Origin: Octopus sinensis
Taxonomy: Eukaryota
NCBI RefSeq assembly: GCF_006345805.1
Contig: NC_042997.1
Span: 177,072,001 to 177,136,000 of the forward strand
Reading direction: 5' to 3'
Length of the DNA stretch: 64,000 nt
Shown: one piece after another, positions 52,332-64,000 of the stretch
How positions within the stretch are numbered: the first letter of the stretch is position 1
How the letters are laid out: the number at the start of each line of letters is the position of its first letter
Position numbers and translations under genes: made by a program
The notes under the pieces: generated by a model
The model's database searches: none
What the model saw: the letters and a program-made list of their open reading frames with translations, nothing else
Told to the model about the DNA's origin: nothing

Positions 52332-52749
52332 TATATTTGGACAAGTATGAATAAGAGTATATTAAAAAGACAAATTCTTGCTTTTTAAAAAAGCTATCTT
52401 CGCTTACAAAGTGTAGATCATTCACTTCGTGGGATTGTGTGTGTGTGTGTGCGTGTGTGCACGTGTGTGTGTATTTATGTATGCATATATACATATATAC
52501 ATACAAACACATATAAAATAAGAGGGGATTAGTAAATCCGAGCTGGTTCTTCAGTAATCTCGAGATTACTGGCCAGTACAGTGTAAAATAATAGATGGTT
52601 TACCTTAAAGAAAATGTCCATACGAATTAAAATTTCATAGCTAGCAAGTTAGACCCAGAGTAAGATATATTAAGTCAAAGACAGGAATGTATAGTATTGT
52701 ATTAAATACTTTAGTTACGTTCGTTTCAACATTACATAGAATTAAAATT

Positions 52750-53165
52750 TTGATTTCAAATTTTGGCACAAGGCCTGCAATTTGGGGGAAGTGTGTAAAT
52801 CGATTACTTCGGCCCCTAAAGTTGAACTGGTACTTATTGCGTTGATTCCGAAAGGCACAGTCAACGTCGGTGGAATGTGAAAGTAGAACGTAGAGACACA
52901 AAGTGTGGCTAAGCATTTTGTCTGGCGCGGTAACGATTCTGCCAGCTCGCCAAATGTAAACATTAATTCCAAATTTTGGCACAAGGCCAATAAATTCGAG
53001 GGAGGGGTAAATCGATTACATCTATCCGAGTGTTCAACTGGTACTCATTTTATCGAGCTAGAAAGGATGAAAGATAAAGTCGACCACAACGGAATTTGAG
53101 AGCAGAACGTAAATACGGCGAAATGGCGCTAAGCCCAGCGTGCTAACAATTCTGGCAGCTGGCAG
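52750..53165 (-). mobile_element. Tandem old SINE-A-related copies
   Basis: AAATTTTGGCACAAGGCC...GGTACTTATT...CAGCTCGCC repeated. Confidence 0.7.
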
Positions 53166-54494
53166 AATGAATTTATAATAAAGGAATGATATGTATAGTA
53201 TTACAACATTTTCATGTAATACTTTCAAAGCTTTGTCTGAGGAATTGCACATGGTTTATATGTCTAAATATCAAAATTTCATTAATTATGTATATTTTAT
53301 TAATATTTATAGTCATGTAATGTTTTTTTTTCTATGTAGTACAATGGAATTAAATGTAATGCTATGAATTTCTGTTTTCGACTAAATACACATGAATATA
53401 CACACATATATATATATATATATACATACGTACATACATATATACATACATACATACATTTTCACCACATACATAAAATACATCCATATATTAACACAAT
53501 ACATATACCTCATGAGATAAAATGTGTGTATTATACGTGTGTTAAATATTACTATTTATGTGATGTGTTTTATATTATAGATATTTATTTGGTGATCGAT
53601 TTAGTATTGTAATTACTTTCTGTTTTATTGTCTTTTTAGCAATACTATACCACGATTAGATTATATATGCACGCCCATTGTCACCCGTATCAATAAATAT
53701 GCTGCTCTACTTCCACTGACATTCATGTACAGCTGTGTACATGTGTTTATGTAAAGTTCAAGATGCCAGAGTTCTACACTGAAAATGATTTTACAAATAA
53801 ATCGCTATGGGAATTTACATGTAGATGCTATTTTCAAGAATAGGTATAGAGGCGGAAGAGTTAAAAATGAATAAGTGCAAGAGAAAAGGCATTCGCTTAA
53901 TGGCTAACATTACTTTAATAATCTCATCAAATAGGGGAGATAACTCTGTAAACGTTTTGGTCTTATTAGCCTCCATCAGCATAATATGAACTTCAATGTC
54001 CTGGTTGAAATAGCAATAAGAGTCATCAACTCTTTAACTGAAACATTAAATTCCATAGCTATTCTAGTAATAATGTTGAATATATTTACCAAAATCTAGA
54101 ACTGGCATTTTCTGCAAGTCACGTTGTCTCAATAAACTTGACATATCTCAACAACAACAAAAAATAGGTTTAAACACAATAGATGGATAGACATCGAAAT
54201 AAAAACCCATCCAACGTACTCATACAATCAAACGCTTAAAGAAACAGAAGTTCAGCAAAGTTCAACACCATCACTTCTTTAACAAAAAAGTATGAATGCA
54301 TTAACAGGAAACATCTTGCATTATCCAGATATAAAGGTTTTCCACAAGCACACCATATAAATACCAACGAACAATAATATATTACAAGATAAGATGATAA
54401 TACGAAAATACAGAAGCATCATCCAGCGCAAATAGTACAATATATTGCAGTACATTAAGACGCATGCCCTAGTGGTTAAGGTGTTGTACTCATC

Positions 54495-54873
54495 CTTTTA
54501 TTTCCTACTTGTTTTAGTCATTTGACTACGGCCATGCTGGAGCACCGCCTTTAATCGAACAAATCGACACCAGGACTTATTCTTTGTAAGCTCAGTACTT
54601 ATTCTATCGGTCTCTTTTGCCGAACCGCTAGATTACGAGGACATAAACACACAACATCGGTTGTCAAACGATGGTGGGTGGACAAAGAAACAAATATATA
54701 TATATATATACCACGGGCTTCTTTCAGTTTCTATCTACAAAATACACTCACTAGGCTTTCATCGATCCGAGGCTATAGTAGAAGACAGTTGCCCAATGTA
54801 CCACGCAGTGGGACTGAACCCGGTACCATGTGGTTAGGAAGCAAGCTCCTTACCACATAGCTACACCTGTGCC
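54495..54873 (-). mobile_element. SINE-B nested inside an older plus-strand SINE (~54460-55050)
   Basis: The older tRNA-like head CCTAGTGGTTAAGGTG..TCA resumes after the insert as TGATTACGAAACTGTGGTTTCGATTCC. Confidence 0.85.
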
Positions 54874-55323
54874 TTGATTACGAAACTGTGGTTTCGATTC
54901 CTGGACTTGGAAGTGCTTTGTGTTCTTGAGCAAAAATGCTTCATTCAACTTTATTCTAGTTCATTCAGCTGTAAATGGTAACCCTACGATGGACTGGCGT
55001 CTTGTTCAGTGGGTATGTTAGCCGGGTTGCCTATCCAGATGTGGAATAGCATCACTTGAATTGTGTATGGAACAATGCGAGAAAGCAGTACAATAGAATT
55101 AAATGTAATGTCATGAATTTCTGTTTTCGACTAAATACACACACATACACATGAATATACACATATATACATACGTACGTACATCTATACATCTATACAT
55201 ACATACATCTATACATACATACATACATACATACATACATACACATACATACATACATACATACATACATTTTCACCACATACATAAAATACATCCATGT
55301 ATTTACACACAATACCTATTATA

Positions 55324-55560
55324 TCTATTATATAAAATCCGTTCTGTCTGTCTGTATGTGTCTCTTCTAGGATCTCGGGCATCCTCCATCCGATTGCTCT
55401 CAAATTTGATATGCAGATACCAACGGTGTCTGGGCGTGCATAAGTCTTGAAAAAATTATAAAAATCGATTCCAGGTGAGAATGCGACTGATAAAGACCAG
55501 TTGTTTTGAGAAAATTTGGTTTAAATATTTGACAACTCAGCACCGTCCATTGGACAAGGG
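55324..55560 (+). mobile_element. Non-autonomous Helitron-like 5' fragment
   Basis: Starts TCTATTATATAAAA after an A, then (CTGT)n and CCGATTG..CAAATTT. It interrupts one copy of a local duplication. 3' hairpin/CTAG not found. Confidence 0.55.
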
Positions 55561-55789
55561 ACGTTTTGCCTGTATCACATAAGATACAATGCGTGTGTGC
55601 GTGTATGTATGTATGTGTGTGTATGTGTGTGTGTGTATTATACGTGTGTTGTAAACATATTACTATTTATGTGATGTGTTTATACATAGATACTGGTTGA
55701 TACAGTGTTACTGTAATACGACATTGTGATACCTTAATAACTGACTTATTAACGATATTTATGACTGTTTAAACGTGTAAGTTTGTGAA

Positions 55790-56114
55790 ATCGCTGCCAC
55801 TTCGTCGGTTACGACGACGAAGGTCCCAGCTGATCCAATCAACGGAGCAGCCTGTTCGTAAAATTAACGTGTTTGTGGGTGAGCACTTCACAGAAGGTGT
55901 ATCCTTAATGTAGTTCTCAGGGACATTCAGCGTGACGCAGAATGTGACAAGGCTTGCTCTTTGGAATAGGGGTACAACTCATTTTTGCCAGTTGAGTGGA
56001 CTGGGGCAGCGTGAAATAAAGTGTCTTGCTCAAGGTCTTGCATCGCCAATAATTGAACTCACAACCTTACGATCGTGAGCCGAGTGACCTAACTACTAAG
56101 TCACGCGCCTTCAC
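55790..56114 (-). mobile_element. SINE group C variant
   Basis: Head GTGAAGGCGCGTGACTTAGTAGTTAG and body TTGAGCAAGACACTTTATTTCACG as at 19279, with a different tail. Confidence 0.8.
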
Positions 56115-56151
56115 TAAGTTTGTGTATATGAGTATGTATATATGTATGTGT

Positions 56152-56463
56152 GGAGGTGCAATGGCCCAGTGGTTAGGGCAGCGGACTCGCGGTCATAGGA
56201 TCACGGTTTCGATTTCTAGACTAGGCATTGTGAGTGTTTATTGAGCGAAAACACCTAAAGCTCCACGAGGCTCCGGCAGGGGGTGGTGGCAATCCCTGCT
56301 GTACTCTTTCGCCGCAACTTTCTCTCACTCTTTCTTCTGTTGGCCTGCTCGCTTAGCCAGCGGGGTGGCGTCATTTAAAGGTTAAAACAATGCGAAACGC
56401 ATTGTGATCAGCGATGTGTAGCAACATCTGATAGCCTGGTCGGTCACGGTGATCACGGTGATA
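56152..56463 (+). mobile_element. SINE group D, tail type 1, full-length
   Basis: Head and body as at 27632; tail TTGGCCTGCTCGCTTAGCCAGCGGGG...GGTCACGGTGATA. Confidence 0.9.
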
Positions 56464-56616
56464 TATGTATGTAACTATATATAGAATATACTTATGGGTG
56501 GTAGGAGCAAAATTTACAAGCAAAATAGATCGCAAACTGCCTCAGAATATAGACAGAAGATGGTTTACTGACTCGCCGCACGCTTCACATTGTACAGAGA
56601 GGGGGGGAGAGAGGGG

Positions 56617-56683
<67 letters not shown>

Positions 56684-56931
56684 AAAAGAGTGATTCATTA
56701 AGAGTGTTAACATAGGTAGTACAGAATGGGTTTCATAGTTTCTGAAAATTATACGTTACTTGGAAATTTTGTAAAGAGGTTTTCGATGTAGTAAATTGTG
56801 ATTATGTTGACAAAATTTTTAGAAATAATAAATATTGAAAATTACAAATGAGAAATCTGTTTTATTTCCATACTGTTTCTCTCTACCAAATTTAATTCTC
56901 AAGGCTTAAGTCGATCCGAGGTTATTGTAAA

Positions 56932-57433
56932 AGGCTGGATATTGTTGTTTGGAACATAGGAGCAACGGTATGTACCACCATAGAGGTTAGCTGCTCTGCA
57001 GATACAAATATCTCTTTGAAAATCCAGGAACAAGAGGAGATTTATGGACAACTGCTTCGAAACCTCCAGCTTCTATATCCAGACTTTGTGTCCGTGCTAA
57101 TGTTTTTGTGCTTGTGTTTGTCCCCCCAACATCGCTTGACAACCGATGCTGGTGTGTTTACCAAAAATAATAGGAGCATTAGGTTTTGTTAGTAAATGCT
57201 TAAAGGAGAATCTGGATAAACTGGGATTTTCAGAAAGAGAAATCGACCGGCTAATTTGTATATACTACAAGTGCAATCTGTAAGTGGAACAGTAAAAATA
57301 TGCAAGACTTTTCTCAAGCTCCAAATGTGAATTTGTCTGTGTTAACTACATCCCAAAGATGGGGCTTTGTATCTTTGTTGGAAACCGGCTCCCTCTTCAG
57401 TGGAAGATTTATAATAATTAAAAGATTGAAGCA
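56932..57433 (+). mobile_element. 3' end of RLE LINE family 2, with a ~55-bp SINE-B fragment inside
   Basis: LDIVVWN..IEVSCSADTNISLKIQEQEEIYGQLLRNLQLLYP..IIGALGFVSKCL..SGTVKICKTFLK; followed by (ACAT)n. Confidence 0.88.
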
Positions 57434-57658
57434 ACATACATACATACATACATACATACATACATACATACCTAAGGACATCTACTCTCATTATTCCAGT
57501 GGTAAATATCACCTTATAAATCTATTATGGAATGTTACCTGGAGAGGTGGCAAAGTTACGTAAACATCTTGTTGCATAATTTTATTATTTTGCACGTTAC
57601 GAATTTGTGTGGCACAACGTGTTAACAATAAATTTGCTAGTGAATCGTTTGTAGTAAT

Positions 57659-57858
57659 ATCTCTTTTACTTGTTACAGTCATTTGACTGCGGCCATGCTG
57701 GAGCACCGCCTTTAGTCGAGCACATCGACTCCAGCACTTATTCTTTGTAAGCTTAGTATTTATTCTATTGGTCTCTTTTGCCGAACCGGTAAGTTACGTG
57801 GACGTAAACACACCAGCATCGGTTGTCAAGCGATGCTGGGAGGACAAACACAGACACA

Positions 57859-57938
<80 letters not shown>

Positions 57939-58107
57939 CATATATACGACGGTCTTCTTTCAGTTTCCGTCTACCAAATCCACTCACAAGGCTTTGGTTG
58001 GCCCGAGGCTATAGTAGAAGACACTTGCCCGACGTGCCACGCAATGGGACTGAATCCGCAACCATGTAGTTCGTAAGCAAGCTACTTACCATACAGCCAC
58101 TCCTACG
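57659..58107 (-). mobile_element. SINE-B, full-length, with a long internal (CA)n(TA)n tract
   Basis: Same architecture as 35370-35770. Confidence 0.9.
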
Positions 58108-58639
58108 ATAATATGAATAGTATCTATTCGTTTCATTTCTGCATACATGCATACATACATACATATATATATACATACATACATACGTACGTACGTTCAT
58201 ACATACATACATACATACATACATACATACATACATACATACATACATACATACGTACGTACGTACGTTCATACATACATACATACATACATACATACAT
58301 ACATACATACATACATACATACATACACGCACCCACACAAGTACACACATATGTGAGTGCGTGTGCTTGTGTATCTAGGTCTTATTTATGCCATGTAGAG
58401 AATTGAAATCTTCGATGCCCAAAGCCATTCTGATTCTAGTTGACGTTTTAATGCATCATGAGTTGTGAATATAGTAATTATCGAAATAGTTCCTAACTAG
58501 GGAGTGTTACAGATCCTTACAATGGTGTCTTAATAGTAGTACTTACATACAAATTCTATATACTGAATTTATTTAATGGCATAAATGACGCACAAGGCGT
58601 ATCGGACGCATCACAATTTCAGCAGCGAATGTTCAGGAA

Positions 58640-58960
58640 AAATTTTACTACATTATAGCATGGAATATAGTCTCACTGTGATGTATAGAACCAGAGTTAC
58701 CTTTTGAGCGGTGGGCAATGCCGAAATATATGTCATCAAATGCAGTACGTAACCTAGAGCACCCCGATAAGATGGCCTCCAAATTCTGGTTCACTCTCGT
58801 CGAAAAAATAAATCTTGCTACAATTACACCTTGTTTTAAAAATGAAATACATGGAAATTCACATACCGAATGTAGACCCAGATGCACGATGCATTATGTA
58901 GAAAAGTAGAAAATGCGAGATATTTTGGCTGGAATACCTTCGATCAGAGGTCTGCTCAGG
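58640..58960 (+). mobile_element. Possible decayed Penelope GIY-YIG remnant
   Basis: EIYVIKCS and WKFTYRM..RKVENARYF resemble the 17170-17460 region. Confidence 0.35.
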
Positions 58961-59041
58961 CAACGTTTGTTCATTTGACTGTTTAGTGTGTTCAACATAG
59001 AGACAGCCTAGCAGCAATGCGAATATTCGATAGGTACTACA

Positions 59042-59344
59042 TGTTTGTTCCTTCTCGAGCCACGCCTGGCTTATAACAGCCGGTTTCCCGGTTTCCTTGG
59101 CGTATAGGCTCCCCACCTGGACGGGATGTCGGTTCGTTGCAGATGAGCTGCAAGATGCAGGAGGAAAGAGCGAGAGAAAGTTGTGGCGAAAGAATCAGCA
59201 TAAGTTCGCCATTACCTTCTGCCGGAGCTGCGTGGAGCTTAAGTGTTTCGCTCATAAACACACACAACGCCTGGTCCGAGATTCGAACCCGCTTTCCCTC
59301 GACCGCGAGTCCGCCGCTCTAACCACTAGACCATGTGCCTCCAC
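59042..59344 (-). mobile_element. SINE group D, tail type 2
   Basis: Reverse complement of 44519-44788; near-TSD AGGTACTACA/AGGTATTACA. Confidence 0.9.
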
Positions 59345-59886
59345 AGGTATTACATAACCTTATTTTATTTATATTGCTATTTAATTATATACGCTTGTAC
59401 TTATTTATTGTTCGCATTAATCTGTGTGTGATTCTACACACACACACATACAAATATTCGCGCGCGCACGCACACATGCACACACACACACATGCACACA
59501 CACACAAATACACATATACACATACATGTAGACACACAAATTTGTATTTTTACTCATACGTAGAAACGTAGGAAATTTACAGCAGGATACTCTGTATGTT
59601 ATCGACTAATACAGTTCCGCAGTACATAAGAGAATTGGGAAATATTAAGTAACAAATTGAGTCAGACATAATAAAGATAGAGAAACCAAATACATTTGTA
59701 TGTCTATGAAACCCAATATATCTATAATCGCAGCCATCTTTTTCTGCGTATATGCATGTATGTCTATTTTTGCATATGTTTTCTTTGAGCATCGTTTAAA
59801 TTCTTATTTACAAAATTGAAACCGGTCATTAACGAAGAGAGATATCTTTTTTTTATTTGAATCTAGGGAGTTCCAGGGATTCGTGA

Positions 59887-59931
<45 letters not shown>

Positions 59932-59933
<2 letters not shown>

Positions 59934-62900
59934 CTAATGACTTTGAATAAATGTGAGCATGTGGATACGATTACGTTCATGTAATGGCTGTGAACATATC
60001 AGTAGTGCACGAGTGTGTGTTTGACTACTCTTTCTGTATGGATGCCATACATGCACAAGCTGATTATGCGCATAAATTCATTTAAGGAAAAACTCAAATG
60101 CAGAATTTTTGGAATATTTTACGAATCATTGCTGTACCAATAATTGATTGCAATTTAAGGATGCAGATCAGTTTACTTTGTTCTTTCTTGGAAATCCATA
60201 CATCTTCACACTTTTATGCGAATCTGTCATTACGAAATCTAGTACACGAATGAACACCTATAACCCGGATACAAAAGATGCAAATACCTCATTATCTCGC
60301 TGCTAGATTCTCTCTTTTTCCATAATTTTAGATTATATATTCACATCTGTTTGGCAGTTGGCTTACACAGCATTGCCTGATTTTTGTTCTTTTTCTTATA
60401 AAACACTATTGAGTCTTTTGTGTTTGCTTATGGTTACTGTTTTCATTTGGATCTTCCGTCAATATTTCTTATTTTTAAAGGTGTGAATACTTTCTTGTCA
60501 TGATGTGCCTTTCATATAATCGTCTGCGCAATCCACCCTTCAGAACGTTTTGTCTTGTGGAAGATTGTAACTTGATAACATTTTGCGGTAGTTATTGAGG
60601 ATGTAGATGAGATCGTCCACACTTATATGAAACAATCAATACATTCTGCCACAAGGTAAAGTTTGGGAGATATATGTACCTCTTTCATTACTTAGATATT
60701 TACTAGCTGTCTGCAATTCCTTAACAGGGAGAGATATCTATGTAACACAACTGGAGTGACTACGTTTCTGTTAATGTTTATGTTTTCTTAGAGAATTAGA
60801 AACAGTCACTAACAAAGTGAATTCTAACTTGCAGGATATTACCTATCTGTGATGAGAATATTTCTCTCCCGAGTATTTACTTAAGGAAATTTGGCCGTTT
60901 ATCCTTGCTTTAAATAGATTGGTCAGTATGACTGTTGATTTGGAAGTTACTGTTGGTGGCTGTCTTCCGTGTTTTAATGAGTCTGTGGCTGATCCCTTCA
61001 AGTGTCCAGTTTAGTATCACAAATGTTGGTATTATCACTGGAACTATAAAGCATTAAAATATATAGTCGTATAAAGTGAGGACAGCTCTGACTTTCACAC
61101 CTTCCTAAGTTGCTAAAATATTATTTTGTCTGGCTAGACTTACCTACAGCATCTACATATTCCATTTTCTCGTTGATTTTGAGGTGCATGTAGGGTTCGT
61201 CATTAGAAGGAGGAGGAAACTGATAGGTTGTTGGTATCCACATTCCTTACCAAACAAACAATCTTTCCTCGATTGACTATTAAATATGAATATTTATCTT
61301 GACCAAATTCCATTCTTATATCACGCGCTGCGATTACTTATGCGTCTTGGTGTTGTGAATATTACCCGAATACGACTTAAGATCATTGACTAAATAAGGT
61401 TTGCTTATAATAAATTTTCTCTCATTCATAAATCTTAACATGTAATCTACATTTTTTAACAAGACTGATAAGAGGTTCTCTGTTAACGAGGGCAAGCGGC
61501 GTTTTAGACGAGTAGTCCCTCTGGAATGTTCCTGTCTATAATCTAATTCCTTCTGTGACAGGTATCTGTGTGCTGTCTATTAGCTGTATGGATCATGTTG
61601 TTAATCTTTTACTGATGCCAATTATAACAGATGGTATCGTTGTGGCGATTCTAGAGACAAGCACTTTCTTATAATCTACTCATTGGGTCAGCAGTCTTCA
61701 GCGATGGTAACTTCCCTCTCCTCTTAAAGTTACTATTGATAATGAGGAGCCTTTCGGCAGAGTCTGAGTCTTTCTTTCTGTCTGTTCATCATTAACTGCG
61801 TTTGTTTAGGAGTGAATTTGGAGAAACATATTCAAACAATTTATGTACAGTTTATATGTAACATTTAAGCGTTTTATGGGGCTTTGGTTTTTGGTGACGC
61901 ATTTTTTTTGTTTCTTAAGTAATGTACAAATAACTAACCAGTCTGCTACATGTGTTCAGAGGTCATTGTGTTTTGAAACAAATCGAAGAGAATTTCCTTG
62001 CAAAACATGTGCTTTCCATACCAATAGCCAACTCTCAGATCTCTCCCAAATGATATTCCTGTCATTATTTTTATAAAAATTGTCCAGAGAATTTCAATGT
62101 CGATGTCATGTTTTGGATCAGACATTTGCATAGTATTCATACTGCAGCTGACTTAATCACACTGCGTAACGGTTATACTGTTTATAGCGATGCTCTAAAT
62201 TCTGGACACTTTCTAATACAGTTGTTATTTCTTGACCTTATGCCTGATTCCTCCTCATTTTTGTCAATTTCGAAGGATAGATTTCACATTTAAATATACT
62301 AAAACACGCTTATATTAGCATAGAGATATATGAAATACTATATAATGTATAACATTATTTACTTCAGAATATGACAGCTTATAAAACTATTTAGTAGGAT
62401 AACCTTTTGCTTTAATTATTTCATTAATTCTTGACGTGGCAGTGAGGAGATTCTTTAACTTTTCAGGATTTATGATTCTAAACGATGCCTTGTTAATTGC
62501 TGAAATTAATTGCTGAAATTAATAGTGTTCTGATATTTGGCTAGTAAACCGATTCCAGTCTCTTGATTCGCGAACATAAATGTTCTCTCCGATAAAGGTC
62601 AGGGAAGGTTAGAGCCCATTGTTAACGCTTATTTTATGACCCTTTCAAACATTCACACATGATTTTGCTGTATGACATGGTACACTGTCTCGTTGAATAA
62701 TGACATCGCCTAAATCATCTGGGAGTATGGAACTGATTCCAAAGAACTTCTTTATAGTTCTTAAAAATTCATATTTCGTTTATGATTTCTGTACGATCAA
62801 CACTTCTGGCAGAATCCCACTTCCTCAGCTGCATTACATGGGCAGTATATATCATTGTAAAACCAAATGTTTTACCATGTTCATTGTCCTGCTTCTCACA

Positions 62901-63500
62901 TATTTCAATCAATTCTATTCAAAAAGTGACACCTTCGTTTCACCACAGTTCATCCCTTATGTTCCCTTGCTCGAAAAGATATTTTCTTTGAAGAACATTC
63001 GCGTATGGTATTTTTTCTTAATATTCTTGCTTTAAGTTCTCCATCAAAGAGTCGTTGTCTTACAAGTTTATCGCTTAAACTGATCTCACTAGCCGCTACA
63101 GTGGCTCTATTTCGCTTATTGTTGTTCAGCGATCAGTTAGAGCTAATGAAAGATGGGTGAATTATTCTGCTCGCTTTTTGAAACATTTCACCTATTTTTT
63201 CATTTTTTCTTTGCGCTTTTCAGTGAAGATGATTGGATTTTGCAGTACATCTTTTCCCAGTTTTCTTAATATTTGTTGAATAGTATATGTTTCTCCTTGA
63301 GGAGTTACTGCCTCTCCTAGTTTGACAATGATTGTCTAACGCGAAAGTCATGAAGACAAAACATGGAGCAAGTTCAAATACAAATTCTATCAAATGATGC
63401 AGTTTTATCTCAAAGATGAATGACAATACATCGTGTCTCAATATTGCTGAATATCAAATGCAGTACGATCTTATATAAATGCTGATCGGCTATTGAATGT
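59932..63500 (-). mobile_element. Long, heavily decayed RLE LINE family 2 (R4-like) copy
   Basis: VDYKK, GTFQRD, DIRMEFGQDK, RKV*KSELS, VPVIIPTFVILNWT, NFQINSHTD, CQTDVNI*SKIMEKE, LQSIIGTAMIRKIFQKF*. The 3' end abuts (CA)n. The 5' limit is a guess. Confidence 0.75.
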
Positions 63501-63826
63501 AAAGTGATGGAATATGTAACTTTTACTCCTATATAATAAAGTTGAATATAATCTCATCACCACAGATATTGCAGGTGACAATTCTTCAGGATAGATATCC
63601 TGAGACGATGAATTTCCAAGCGGCAACACCTGGGGAAAAGGGTAACAAATTTTCAGGTGGAGGTGAGATTAAAACACAAAGACATTTCACTACCAGCAAC
63701 ATCAATATCATTATCACTACTAACGCTATTATTATCACTACTATCACCGTCATTATCACTACTCTTATTTACAACATCGCTACTTCTATTACTAACTAGA
63801 TTATTTTTTAAAAGCTATTACATATA

Positions 63827-63988
63827 GGCGTAGGAGTGGCTGTGTGGTAAGTAGCTTGCTTACGAACCACATGGTTCTGGGTTCAGTCCCGCTGCGTGGC
63901 ACCTTGGGCAAGTGTCTTCTACTATAGCCTCGGGCCGACCAAAGCCTTGTGAATGGATTTGGTAGACGGAAACTGAAAGAAGCCCGTT
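63827..63988 (+). mobile_element. SINE-B head and CORE-like region
   Basis: GGCGTAGGAGTGGCTGTGTGG..GGTTCAGTCCC..GGCACCTTGGGCAAGTG. Confidence 0.9.
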
Positions 63989-64000
63989 GCCCACCATGCT

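Overview
AT-rich eukaryotic DNA saturated with microsatellites and transposons. It is most consistent with an octopus-type cephalopod genome (inference from the SINE families and repeat density). No intact host protein-coding gene, rRNA, true tRNA or CRISPR array can be supported. Nearly all ORFs in the track are microsatellite read-throughs or transposon fragments. The window holds four tRNA-derived SINE groups (called A-D here), a near-full-length mariner, a near-full-length Tc1, Penelope-like (GIY-YIG) remnants, RTE, Gypsy and Helitron fragments, and many R4/Dong-type restriction-like-endonuclease (RLE) LINE fragments. Best leads: (1) a same-strand cluster of Dong-like LINEs in (AAT)n tracts (9.6-15.2 kb), with an ~800-bp non-coding, non-tRNA element that appears to use the same target; (2) a second RLE family ending in (ACAT)n/(AC)n; (3) Penelope-type minimal hammerhead ribozyme motifs, including two fold-back elements with a hammerhead core in each arm; (4) a decayed, intronless string of telomerase-RT-like motifs at 1.6-2.7 kb; (5) two decayed paralogous blocks of 27-bp Asn/Ser/Thr repeats followed by Asp-rich tails. 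All translations and alignments were done by eye, and boundaries of old copies are approximate.
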